A stretch of 64,000 nucleotides of DNA, from NCBI GenBank assembly GCA_013265495.1, contig MU057801.1, forward strand, positions 124,001-188,000, written 5' to 3'. Position numbers and translations under genes: made by a program. The notes beneath the pieces were generated by a model, which was not told the DNA's origin, did not search any database, and saw only the letters and a program-made list of their open reading frames with translations. The number at the start of each line of letters is the position of its first letter. Position 1 is the first letter of the stretch. The stretch comes from Vicugna vicugna. Taxonomy: Eukaryota. This document shows positions 1-12,307 of this stretch, piece after piece.

Positions 1-654
1 CTACATACTCACAAAAGTCACCCGGCTGTAGGCAAGTTTCTCACATGAACCAGAAGGCTCAGACCCCAGGCCAGGCAGGAGCTCGGGCGCTGCTTGAAGA
101 CATGGAAGCACAGCGTGTGGGGCTGGGTGGGCTCTCCAGCTCCGGCCCTGAGCTCCAGCCCCCGGGTCGATGACCCCGCAGGATCTCAGCCCAGCCCCTG
201 CTTCCGGGCGGCCTGTCCAGTGTTGGAAGATTCCCGGCACCCTGTGCTGGGAGGGTCACTCCTAACCATCCTGGTGTGTGGACGTCAGACTGTGGTCCCT
301 CCTGAGTGAGTGTTGGATGTCGTCAGGAAACAGAAGACGCCGAGACGTGGGCCTGCACGGCCGAGGGACTGCATTTTATCCCGGCATCTATGCCACCTGC
401 GCGTGCCAGCGGGCTGGCCCTGGCTCCAGGTTTCTAGAGCCATTGAAAATGCTGTCAAGAGGTCACTCCTGTTCACGTTTTGGACCCTCTAGGGCTTTAA
501 CTTCTTAGAGGAGCCCAGTGTTCAGAATGTGGAGCTGAGCTGTTGTAACTTATTTCCTGCAAAAAGGGTCTCTGTAGCATAGATCTGCAAAAAAAATCCC
601 AAAGTGACACAAAAAACTCTGATACCCTATTTTCTGACTTTTATGGATTCTGGT

Positions 655-1130
655 TTTTAATTGTGGTAAAACTATGTAAAACTTACCATTGGACCACTTT
701 AAAGTGGGCATTTCTGTTGCATTAAGTGTCTTCCCATTGTTGTGCAGCCATCACGTCCATCACCTTCAGACCCTTTTCATCTTCCCAAACTGAACCTCCG
801 ACCCCTACGAAATCCTAACCTCCCCTGCCTCCCCGGCCCCCAGCAAGCACCGCGCTGCTCTCTGTCTGTGAGCTTGACTGTTCTAGGAACCCCGCACGGG
901 TGGGATCATGTGGTATCCGTCCTTTTGGGACTGGCTTGTTTCACTCAGCGTAAGGTTGAAGTTCATCCGCCATGGGGCGTGTGCCAGCATTTCCTTCCTT
1001 TTTCAGGCAGAGTGGTATTCCATTGTGTATCTGAGCTGCATTTTGTTTACCCACTCATCCATCGATGAGCATTTGGGTTCCTTCCCCCTTTAGCGACTGT
1101 GAGTAATGCTGCTGTGGGCATGGGTTTGAT
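655..1130 (-). mobile_element. Old LINE-1 3' end fragment (L1MB-like)
   Basis: Antisense L1 3'UTR motifs (ttttaattgtggtaaaa...catcttcccaaactgaa...gcatttgggtt...aatgctgctgtg). Confidence 0.75.
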
Positions 1131-1139
1131 TCTGTTGAG

Positions 1140-1241
1140 TTGGTTGGTTGGTTGGTTGGTTTTCAATGGAGGTGCTGGGGGTAGAACCCACAACCTTGTG
1201 CATGCGGAGCATATGCTCTGCCACCGAGCTACACCCTCCCC
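1140..1241 (-). mobile_element. tRNA-Ala-derived SINE (camelid Vic-1-like) with (AACC)n tail
   Basis: Reverse complement GGGGAGGGTGTAGCTCGGTGGCAGAGCATATGCTCCGCATGCACAAGGTTGTGGGTTCTACCCCCAGCACCTCCA resembles tRNA-Ala(AGC), with A and B boxes. Confidence 0.85.
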
Positions 1242-1569
1242 TGGTTGCATTCGGTTTGTAAAGAGCACGTTCTCCGTTCTCTTGCCCTGAATGAGAACGT
1301 AAAACGTCTCTTACTAGGCGCACGTCCCCCACAAGGTGCATGGGCGCGTGTGCTGTGGGGAGTGTGTGCTGGGGCTGAAGTCAAGCCTGAATCTTTTGCA
1401 AAATGCTGCTCTTGGTGTCTGCGGCTGGGGAGGGGGGGCGGGGGAGTGCAGTCCTCTCTACTTGACCCAGATGTCTGGTGACTTAGAGCAAGCAAATTCA
1501 AGTTGTCAGAGTTGTGACGGTCTGTGGCTGCCCACCCGACACGGATTTCTTGTTGCTTTCCTCTGTCTT

Positions 1570-1690
1570 ATCTTCCAGTCACACTGCAAGCCTTTTGAGG
1601 GACAAGGACAGTGTCTAATACCTCATTTGGTGTCCATTTAGCCCCGTGCCCTAAAGGTGGCCGGTCTCCCATAAATGTGAGTTGACAGTG
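1570..1690 (+). mobile_element. L2 3' end fragment
   Basis: actgcaagccttttgagggacaagga...cataaatgtgagttga resembles a degenerate L2 terminus. Confidence 0.5.
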
Positions 1691-2259
1691 GCCCACATCC
1701 CCAATGTTTTTTGAGCATTCTCAATTAATTTATTACCGGTGTGACAGTGGTGAGTTAAGCATTTTTTTATTCATTGGGAAAAAAAAAACTACAAATTACA
1801 AAATTTTTATAATAAACCTAAATAAAGTAAGCAAACACTCATAAAAGTATGAGGGCTACAGAATACAAATAAAGCTCTTTCTGTAGCTCACATTGAACTT
1901 AATCTCTGTTCCACAATTATTTTGCTGAGTAATTAAAATGACCACAAATATGGGCAAAGGATTAAACTCAGGTTTATCTCTAATCTGCTTGGTCTGTATC
2001 CACTGCTAAGTCTTGGTGGATGTGTAAAAGAAGAAAGGATTCAGAAGCAGCCTCTCAGGAAGTAGGGACGTATGTACGCCTTTACCAGGGCTTCCAGATT
2101 AAACTCTTGAGAGTGAATGGTTATCTTGACTCTGAGGTGCAGTCTGCAGGGGTAGAATACTTGAATCTACTTTCTAAGGCATCTAATCAACTGTCTTTAG
2201 GGCAAAGATAATAGAAGTATTTTCCCGTCATGCTTCATTACAATGCATGGCCACACTTT

Positions 2260-2510
2260 GTTTTTTTTTTATATTGAAGTGCCGTCAGTTACAATGTGTC
2301 AAACTCTGGTGTGCAGCACAGTGTCCCAGTCATGCATATACATACATATATTCATTTTCATATTTTTTTCATTAAAGGTTATTACAAGATATTGAACATA
2401 GTTCCCTGTGCTGTACAGCAGAAACTTTTTAAAATCTATTTTTACATATGGTGGCCAACATTTGTAAATCTCAAACTCCCAAATTTATCTCTTCCCACCC
2501 CCTCTCCCCA
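2260..2510 (-). mobile_element. 5'-truncated lineage-type L1 3' end with TSD
   Basis: Poly-T followed by antisense L1 3'UTR. 15-bp TSD GCATG(G/A)CCACACTTT at 2245-2259 and 2511-2525, with a TT|AAAG endonuclease-type site. Confidence 0.88.
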
Positions 2511-3234
2511 GCATGACCACACTTTAAAAAGACGTTTAAGGTCCCCTGCTTCATCACATCCCAGATTTGCTCTCTGCCTGCACTGTGCGCTGACATCCTT
2601 GGTGTCTGAATGCGTACTTTCCCACCATCCGAAGGGCTTCTCAGTGGCTGTTCCCTTGTTTGCAGCTGGGCGGCTGAATTAAGTTAGTGAAATGAAGTCC
2701 TAAAACAATTGCAAGAGTTGATGAACCGATTACATATGTTCAGCAGCCAGATGGGCAAGATGCTGGAGGGACTGACATGCAGAAGAACTGGTCGTGTCCT
2801 CGGGGCTCTCAGGTCCCTAACATCTTGCTCCACAGGTCGGCCGAGGAGTTTCTTAAAACACAGAGTCTCAGGCCCTACCCCAGCCCTGGGAATCAGGGCC
2901 GTGCTTGACAGGGTCCCCAGCCGGTGTGTGCACATCCCAGCTTGGGAAACCTCAGTCCAGCGGATATTGTGTTAGTCTTATTCCTAATAATGAAGAGGGC
3001 TGTAAACCTCTTTTTGAGACTCGTCCTGTTTGTGTAGAGGACAGACAAGGCCAAGCCAGCACTGCAATGCTGGCCCCAGTCTGGTCCCCTAACCCAAGCA
3101 GAGTGGCAAGAGTAGTCCCAGGCCCCTGTCCGTCCAGTCCCCTGGAAACACCAGGGGGCGGCCGAGGCACTTGGCTGTCTCAGGTGGAGGAGATAGTCTG
3201 AGAGGCCTTGCTCTGAATCTGTAGCACAAAGGAA

Positions 3235-3620
3235 AACCCTGGCCGGGTTCCCCAGGAGCAGATTCAGGGGCAGGATGTGAAGGCCAGCTGTCTGTTTGGG
3301 AGGTGATCCTGGGAAGCTCAGGCAGGGGAGTGGGGAGGGGACACAGAGAGGGAGGACGGCCACCTGGGCTGGGTCCGCTGGGGGCCTCAGGGAGGCCGTG
3401 TGTTGAGTGTCGGGGTCAGCCCTCCAAGGTGGGGGGAGCTGGGGTATTTATACACCCAGTCCCCTCCAGCTGCCACCCACAGAGCATCTGCAGCCTCGGG
3501 CAGAAGCTCCCAGGTGCTCAGAGTAGAACTCCATCTGAGCCTATGGAGCAGTGACCCTGGGAGCTCGGGTGGGGCACTACCTGTACCTGCTCCGTGGATC
3601 CCACCTGGAGTTCTGAGCTG
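3235..3620 (-). mobile_element. ERVL LTR16-like relic
   Basis: gggttccccaggagcaga...tttgggaggtgatcctgggaagc...ggggagtgggga resembles the recalled LTR16 consensus. Confidence 0.5.
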
Positions 3621-6600
3621 AGGCTGCCCTGGCAGACACATCTCCAGTCCCCGAGGAGGAACAAACCCTTTGCGCTTCAGGAAGTTTCAGAGCCTCGCTG
3701 ATTCATCCCCTGCCAGTTACTAATCATCTTCACAAGACTGAAAATGACCAAACTTTACATGTTCTTCAAATCCAAATTCCCTTTTCATAATCCCTCTGCC
3801 TCTTCCTTCCCTAAATTAAATATGTGTGCTCAGAGGGCATTACCATAGTCAATTTACAGAAAAAGGATTGTTAATGATCTTTTTCACAATTTGCATCTTC
3901 ATGTTGCAAGTTGTAGACTCATGGCTCCCCTCCAGCTGCCCTCCCTGTGAATCCTTACTCCATTCAGTTCTGGGTGGTTTTTTTTTTTAATTAAAATTGA
4001 AATTACAGATACAGCAATTACTATTCCAAGGGGCCATGTCAGCATCGCCTAAAGTCAGCATTTCCTTAAGAGTTTCTGCAGAACGCTGCTCCCCAGAGAG
4101 CCGAGAGCATCCTCAACAGAGTCTGAAGGTTAGAGGGCTGGGGCATCCCGCGCAGTCTGCTCTCTTCCTGGGGACCCACACTCACACCAGCGTCCTAGAA
4201 GGCCCTGGAGGGCCCACGTGACCTTGCTTAATCAAAGGTTTACCCCAGTGTCATTGGCTGTCTCCAGTGTGACTGGAGCGGAAACCCTTTTTTGGAAATC
4301 ACGCCTGGTCACATCTCACACTGCTGGTGTTGGGGTGCAAACCACTTGAGGTAATGCTGCTTTTAACACACACCCCAGCTCTGTCGTGCATTTGAAATTA
4401 GTAAGCACGGAGGTGGGCTGAGTAGAGGCATTGGGAGCAGGAGAATTGCAGCTTGGCGTTTGCACTGTCTTTTGTAACCAGAGAAAAAAAGAGAGAGAAA
4501 GAGAGCTTGTGTGTAACTGATGTTCTGGAATGAGGGAGGACGTGGATTCCGCACTGAAGTAGAGCCCTGGCGTGCAACTGAATAGGTTTTTCAAAAAAAA
4601 GGTGGGCTGGGACATTGCAAATCAACTACACTTTAATGAAAAATAAAATAGGGAAAAAAGAAAGACGGGCTGCAGAGGCGAGGCACAGCTCGGAGCGTCA
4701 GCCTGGAGGGAGCAGAATTAAGTGGCTCAGGCCACGGTCATGGGCAGAGCGTCCCACTCCCTCAGTTTTATCAAGGCCTGCCCCGACCAAGTGGTGCGTT
4801 GTCGGCCCTTCCATCTGGCAGCTTCCGTAAGCACCGGCCAGCAGGCGGAGTGTTCCACTGCCAGGCCAGGAGCTCTGGTGAGGACCTGCCTAACTGTTAG
4901 GCTGTTGACTCCGGGCTCTATGAATTTCACTCATTGACCTATTCTTTTAGTTCTATTTTTCCCAAAGAAAAAAGCTATTTTTAAAAAAAGGCTATTGCAA
5001 AAAAAATTTTTTTTAATGTAAAGAAGAAAGAGAATATCACCTATATTGTACCATCTTCAGTTGTCCTGCCTGGAAAGGAGCCTCAGGAGTATCTTGATGC
5101 TGCCGAACCCAGAATTGTCCTTTCTCTGTCTATAATTCTGTTACGTTGCTTAAACCCATAGATAAATATATCACGGAAGGGGGCTCAGAGAATACATATG
5201 ACTTTTTTCCCCACTTAAGAATAGATCTCTGTATCGATATATTGATATTTTCTACATATCAATAAATATATAACCGAATCACCATGTTATTGGCTGTATA
5301 GTATTCCAGTATCCTGCTGTACTACACTTCTAACGTGCCCGCTGTTATTAGACATCTAGTCCATTTTCTTTTGTTCATTATTGTAAATGATGCTCCCAAG
5401 AACCTCCTTTTGCATCTATCTGATTATTTCTCTGGGTCATTTACAAGAATTAGAAGTGCTGGATTCAGTGGTTTGCATACTGAAGTGGCTGATGTATACT
5501 TTCAAATTGACTTCCAGAAAGGGTGAGTCAATATTTTCTCTCTGGGGCTTGTAGGAAGCCCAGTGCAGGCAGCTGCTCAGTAGGAAGCTGGAGGTGGTAA
5601 AAGGGAAGTGGGTTTGATGAACATGTTCATGCCACCGCATTCCAAAAAGGCAAAGAGGGACAGCTGGCTGTCACCAAAAGGGTGAAACAGAAGCTAGGGT
5701 CAGAAATCCATTGATGTATTTAATGCGTGAGGAACCTGAAGTCCAGAGAGGTTATGTAGCACCCCCACGCACTCACCCACCCACCCACGTACACACACAA
5801 GGACAAGGACCCACGGTGGTCAAGTCTTAGAACGGATAGCCCTAAACTTCAAGAAGGGACAAGCATAATTCTCATACAAATACACAGGGAGTGTGCCTCA
5901 AAGATGGACTTGAGTCATTAAGGAGAAAGTCAACAGGATATCAAAGGCCATCACCGATGGCAGAGACTGGTAAATAGTGGGCAAAAGGATTCTGTCTTGA
6001 ACCAGTTAATACCCACTGTCAGCCAGCTTTGTGTATCTCGCTTTGCAAGGCTAGAAGTAGACTGGATATTGCTTATAGTCAACACATTTGTTGAACTTCT
6101 AACACTGCAGTTTTATGTAACACAAAACCTAACACACAAAACTGGCCAAAAATGTACAGGCCAAAAAACCAAAACCTTTGGGGTCATCCTTTCTACCAAA
6201 CAGAAGTCATTCACAACTCCTCAATCTGCCGTAAGTCCTGCATCTGACTTTGCAGAGTCTGAGCTGGGAGCTGACTTTACCGAGCCTGAGCTCATCGAAA
6301 GAACAGAGTCAAACAGAGTGACATTGCAGGCGACCCTTAGGCAGGCTTGTAAGATGGTGCCCAACTATAACTTTGAAGGGAACCTCTTTTGCTTCAAGTT
6401 TTGCCTAGTTTTCTTAACCGTAGGAACAACTTTTGTGGCTGAACCAGTGAGCGAGTGGGCCAGGCTGATCTCAGTGGGATTCGTCTGAAGGCTCGAAAGC
6501 CCAAAGCTCAAAACTGAAACCGCACTGGGTTTTAGTTTTCGTTTCCCTTGAGAACGGGCTCCTGGCTTCGTGTGTCCCAGGGACCTGGGCTGAGGAATCT

Positions 6601-7074
6601 TGCCAGGCTTGCAGCTGCCATCATTGGCACAGCTTCTCCCAGGAGCCTGTCACCCCTGGAGGGGGCGCCAGGTGGGGCCCAGGAGGCTGGAAGGCCAGCT
6701 GGTCATCTCGCAGCCCTCGTGCTGTACGTTCCAGGATGCTAGTCCCCACGCAACATGTTTGTTACCAACACAAAATAAGCCACTGACAGTCAACCAGCAC
6801 GACCTCAGGCCTCTTTAACTTGAGATCCTTGAAGACACAGACAGTGCATTTCAATTCTAAGATATACTGATTTTCCAAATTTACCATCTCCGAAATTACT
6901 TGTATCCTACAGTCAGTGGTGTGTTATAATTGGCAGTTCTTTTTTCTTGATGGGATTTAAAATAAGAGCGTGTCTTAATAACTGATACTGTCTGAAGTTT
7001 GCTGGCGCACATTGTGATGTTTTCTTCCCTGTAGTTGACTTTGAGTCTGATGCTTAATAAGTAATCTACGTGCA

Positions 7075-7570
7075 TTTCTTTTTTCCTTATTTTCCTCCAG
7101 TTTTATTGAGTGATAGTTGACATCCAGCACTGTATGAGTTTAAGGTGTACAGGATAATTATTTGACCTGCAAACATCATGAAGCGATGACCACAGTATGT
7201 TTGGTGAACATCCATCTCATATAGATACAAAACAAAGAAAAAGAAAAAAGATTTTCTTTCCTTGTGATGAGAACCCTTAGGGTTGAGACAGCTTTCACAC
7301 GTAACGTGAGCAGCGTTCACTATATTAGTCATGCTGTGCATGCCATCCCCGGTCCTTGCTTATCTTACGACCAGAAGTTTGTGCCTTTTGACCGCCTTCC
7401 TCCAGCTCTCCCTGCTGCCACCCCACCCCCTGCAGCTGATCACCACGAACCTGCTTTCTTTTCCTGTGAGTGCTGTTTTGGAAGTGTAGCTGATCTGCAA
7501 CACTGTTAGTTTCTGGTGCACAACATAGTGATTCCATATTTCTGTTTGTTACAAAATGATCAGCACTGTA
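7075..7570 (-). mobile_element. L1 3' end fragments
   Basis: cccagttttattgag...tttaaggtgtaca...ttagtttctggtgcacaacatagtgattc antisense L1 3'UTR motifs. Confidence 0.75.
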
Positions 7571-10204
7571 AATATCTCATAAAAATCTTTTCTTTTTAAA
7601 CGCAAAGTCAAAAAAAAAAGCAAAAATGCAAAGTCAAACTTCAGACATGAACGCTGAAGCCAGGGCTGTAGAAAACATCGGTGCCAACTCTGAGAGAGAG
7701 CTTTGTTCTTCACGATGCTCCCACTGGTTAGCTTGTGACTTAGCCTTAGAACTCAAAGCCGTGAGCAGTAGTGTGGTGCTGTCTGTGACTTCGGGGGTCC
7801 TTGCAGAATCTAACACAATACGGGCCTCAGGCAACCGACGGGGTAAGCCCGGACCTCAGCAGAGTGACAGTTTCACCATTTACCGCTTTGGCTGCTTCCA
7901 CATTTTATATATTGAACTACAGACACTGTATGTATCTTAAAAAAAAATCTTCCCCAAGGGTACTCTAACTTTAAAGTTATATCAGTGTTTGCTGTGGAGG
8001 ATCACTTCAAATAGAGAAAACTAGCCAGCAGCTGGGCCGGGTGTCCCGGAGTTGTCTGAGTCCTTGGCGTCTGTGTCAGCAGGGCGCCCGCCCTCCGCAG
8101 CCTGCCCGGGTGTGGTGTGGAACGTCTGGCAGGACAGAGCCAGCCTGGGTCTCGCTTGCGGCTGGGTAGGAGCAGTTTACAGTTCAGTCACAGGAGGTGC
8201 TGTGTTTTAAAGCCAGCGGCTTCTGCTCAGCGAGACCTCAAGCACGGGTCAGGAGAGAACCCAGCATCTTGCAAGAACATCCAAGCTGGTGGGGTTTTTG
8301 GTGGCAAATAATTGAAAACTCTGGCGTGGTACCTTTTTAGTGGCCACCACAAGGTCCCCCACTTCCCCGTGGTGTCCAGCTGAGGATCTAATGGCCTGGC
8401 TGGAGCCCTGCCCTCTCCCTGCCCTGATTTACCCCTGCCCATCCACCCCGCTCACCCCTCCACCTCGCCCTAGAAGGAAATGAACAGAGAAGTTACCAAG
8501 AGGTGGGCAAAGAGGGGCGGGCACTCATTCCTTCAGCAGCTCGTGTGCCCAGGACTGTCCTGAGCTCAGGGGTCACCACAGTGACCGGAAGGCCACCATT
8601 CCTGCTCAGCGGAATTTACATTCAGGTGGGGGCCATTTGGGAGTGCCTCCGGCTCCAGGAGGGTCCCAGAGGCGGGGCCACCAACCTCAAGTGGTGAAGT
8701 GGGGGTGCCAAGTGGGAAAGTTGGGGGCATCCTCGGTCAGTGTCTCTGGAAACGGGCACACAGCTAAAGATACTCATGAAAGTGGCTTACCAGGAAGCGC
8801 TCCCAAGAGAAGCCCCTAGGGGAGCAGGGCAGAGGCAAGGGACCGGGTTCAAGGCAAGTCCCCTCTTGGCTCTGTCTTCAAGGACCAGAGGTGAGGGGGC
8901 TGCAGTGTTTACACGCCAGCACCTGTCAGTCAGTGGTCGGGAGCTGACTCTGAGGGTCTGTTGGTTCTCTGTGCACCAGACCGCAGGTTCCAGCTTCCGA
9001 CAAGGGACTTGGGTCTGGCTGTGTAGGGCCAGTTCCCTTTCCCTGCAGGCGCTGGGGAAGCACCTATATCTCTGGTGGAAGCACTGGTCCCAGGGGAGGG
9101 ACCCCTGCAGCCTGATGTGTGCAGGGCTCTCAGATGTGAGGAAGGTCCAAGAAGCTAAAAGCTACAGAAGTCTGGTCCCTCAGCGAGGTCCCGCAGTGGG
9201 TACCAACGCCCATAAGGGGCGCTACGGACTGACTTTTCTGGGGCTTCCCAAATTTCAAACATTTCTATCCATTTTAAGTACGTTCAGACTTGTCAGGCCC
9301 CTAACAAGCCCTGTGGAATTAAAATGCCCATGGGGACGTAGCATGTGGGGGGGTCCCTCCTGGGTATCGCACAAGAACCCCCAGCACTGTGGCATCTCAC
9401 TGGCTCTCCGTTTGGAATGAAAAATCCTGCTGCCTTCATCCCACTCCACACTTGTAGCAGACCTCTCACTTTTCCGTCGCGCGTGGCCCTCTCCCCACCA
9501 GCGGGTACGAAAGCCCGCAGCACCTCCGTGGGCGCTTAAACCGCCCTGGGAAGCCGGCCTCAGGGTGTCCTCAGTTCGCGGACAAGGAAATCGAAGGAGT
9601 CAGGGCATTTCCTCAGAGGCGCGCTGCCTGAATCAGCAGAGCCAAAGGAACTCCAAGCTGGGTATTTAGCCGAGATTCTGCTTTTAAATACTAAGTTATT
9701 CACTTGTGTTTGTTTCTTCTAAGTATTGCTTTTACTCCTTGGAGCTGAAAACCGAGAGTTACTCACGTCCAAACATCCGCTTACCTCGGGATGGTGTCGG
9801 GCGGGTTCTTGTTAGCTTTTTCTCTGCAGAAGCGTGTTGGAGCTGTGCTGTGTTGTTTTTTTAACTCCAGAGTAGAAAGTGGAATAAAAAGATAGTGGGT
9901 GTTGCTTTTTGGTAAATAGGAAGGTTCTAATGGTGGTTATGGGGACGTTTGGGGTCAGGGGGCCAAAATGGACTGTGGCATCTCATTGGCTCTCCGTTTG
10001 GAATGAAAAACTCCAGGGCGGAGTTCACGGCTGCTAGGCTGCCCTCCCCACCCCGCCGTGGGCACAAGGGAAAAGGCAGCCTTCCAGACACACTCCTTGG
10101 CCTGCAGAAGGCACCTTGGGGCACGTGGAGCCCCGGGTCGCAGGGCGGGAACTAGCCGGGGCCCTGTCATAGCCATTTCCTCACCTCCTCGTCCCGACTT
10201 CACA

Positions 10205-11400
10205 TCATGCTCAAAATTAAGTCCACATGGATGAAAGGCCTGCAGATCTACAGACCCACCCCATGCAAAGAAGCAGAACTGTACGGGTCACCACGTACAT
10301 CACAAGCAGAGGAACCTTTATTACCCGGAGATATGGAATGTCTTTCTAGACAAGCCTTAATCAGCAAGGACCATCATGAACTTCTGCCTTTATCAGCATT
10401 AAGAGTTTCAGAAATTTAAAAGACAGAAAAGGAGGATGAGAGAAAACCTTTTAAACATTTGAGACAATGGATTCATAGCCGCAACTTAAACAACTTAAGA
10501 AAAATCAAGAAACCCCCAAATGGGGCAGCGGAGACATTGAACAAGCAATCCCTCAGAAGAAGAAGCACAAACAACAAAAATAGGTTGGGGGGAGCAAAAC
10601 TCGCCACCCCAAGACACCTCTTTGGCATGCAGATTATTTGGAGCTGAAAACAATCACCCAGAAGGCTCAGGAAGGACCTCTGACCTTCCCCCGAAACTGC
10701 GTGGGGAAGTAGGAAGGGGGCGCCGCCTCAGAGCGCTGCGGGGTGAGCCGGTGGCGGTGGACGGGAAGTCTGTTAAAATCCCTCTCTGGGTCCCATTGTC
10801 TCCGCAGGGCCCAGCAAACACTTGTTTCCCTAGCATTTGCTTTTCCGTCTTCCGAGAATCGCCTTCCTCCCCTTTGAAGCCCGGGACCACTGTCCCCAGC
10901 ATCCTGTTTTGTCTTTATCTGAAAGTGGTGTTTGAGGTGAGGGTTTTGGCATGTTATCCACTTCTCCTGGGTCTCCCATGGGTGCGTGCTACTAAACTTT
11001 TGTTTGATTTTCTCCTGGTCCTCTGTCTCCTGTCAGTTTAATTCTTAGACCAGCCGGAAGAACCTAGAAGGGTGGAGGAAAATTTCTCCCTTCCCGACAG
11101 ATATAATCTGGGCGAAGCACATTAAGAAAACAAAAAGGCGCTTGTGCTTTTGGTCAGATTAACCAAAGCTTCAAAGTTTGATACCAGCAGACACTGGGAG
11201 GGGGGTGTTTTCAAAGGAGGCGGAGGCAGCGGGGCTGACATGGCCGCCGAGAGCGAAGCGGCACCGCCTCCTGACCTCTGACGTGCGCGGAACCCGGCGT
11301 CTCCTCTGAGGTTCCACGCAGGACACACGGCTGCTCATCACAGCGACGCCTGTGTCTGTTACCTGTGGTTTATCCAGGTAGTGGAAACACATTCCCACTT
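10205..11400 (+). mobile_element. Very old L1 ORF2 3' fragment, interrupted by a solo LTR (10583-11099)
   Basis: A-rich sense motifs (aaaattaagtccacatggat..., aaacccccaaatggggcagcggagacattgaacaagca) resume after the LTR. Confidence 0.55.
10583..11099 (+). mobile_element. ERV1 solo LTR, MER34/MER39-like
   Basis: 5' gccaccccaagacacctctttggcatgcagattatttggagctgaa and 3' gaacctagaagggtggaggaaaatttctcccttcccgaCA; near-TSD AATA/GATA. Confidence 0.75.
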
Positions 11401-11459
11401 AAAACGAACCGAGGCTTCACGTATCAGCTTGAATAAATCCTGCAACATCTCCTAGGCTG

Positions 11460-11885
11460 TATGAACGAAAAACACTGCAAACCATATCAGTAAACGATGC
11501 TGAAGCCATCAAGCCATCAGCGGCTGCCGCCACCCTGCAGCCCAGCCTCTGCAGCCACTCACGGTGGTGCCCTCTGAGGGACTCAGAATATACCAGCCCT
11601 AGACAGCTAGGTGCTTGGCAAACGCAGGAGTTCAGTGAGCCCAAACGTTCGCTTCCTCCCATACATAGAAAAGTGCTCAATTCTTGAACTTGAGTTGCCT
11701 GGTCTTCTTTAGATGGCAGGTAATCTTGTATTGTTCCAACTACCTGGTCTTTGTTGTAAAGCTCCTGTATGTCCTAGCTCCTCCCCTGCCCTCAGAGCCA
11801 TCTGAGAGGCTGTCATCCCGGCTCGAGCCCTCCCGCCGAATAAAACAGCTCTCAGCTTTGAGGCTGCGCGTTATTTCAGTGGGCA
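11460..11885 (+). mobile_element. ERV1 solo LTR, MER41-like family (copy 1)
   Basis: Perfect 4-bp TSD GCTG (11456-11459, 11886-11889), AATAAA at 11839-11844, ends in CA. Clearly homologous to the reverse complement of 32370-32840 and 15446-15908. Family name is from recall. Confidence 0.8.
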
Positions 11886-12202
11886 GCTGGCATGAGTATA
11901 AGCAAGCCGCAGGACAGCGTATCGGTATGAGTCCACTGGGCGGGAAAGGCACACCGTGGTCACGTTCAAGAATGATACACACAATACAGTTTTGTGTTTT
12001 GTTAGCAGGCAAAATTCTGGGGTGGCGTGAATGCTGTGGGGTCAGTCTGAGTATTTTGTTTTCTGATTTTACCATTATTACATGGTATTTGTAATACATG
12101 GTTTTTAATTTGGGAAAAACGATGCATGCAAAACTGGTAATAGTGGTTACCTCTAAGCAGGTGGGATTATGGCTGGTGGTCAAGGGAGTTTGGGGGAGTG
12201 AC

Positions 12203-12307
12203 TAGGTTTGTTTATTTATTTATTTTTAGAGGAGGTGCCGGGGATTGAACCCGGGTCCTCAGGCACGCTAAGTGCACTCTGCACTGCTGGAGCTACTTCC
12301 TCCCCCC
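12203..12307 (-). mobile_element. tRNA-Ala-derived SINE (Vic-1-like)
   Basis: (ttta)n tail then ggaggtgccggggattgaacccgggtcctc...gagctacttcctcccc. Confidence 0.85.

Noticed and set aside
9386..10010. CRISPR-like repeat-spacer array
   Set aside because: Only two copies about 590 bp apart in mammalian intron DNA, with no cas genes; kept only as a local duplication.
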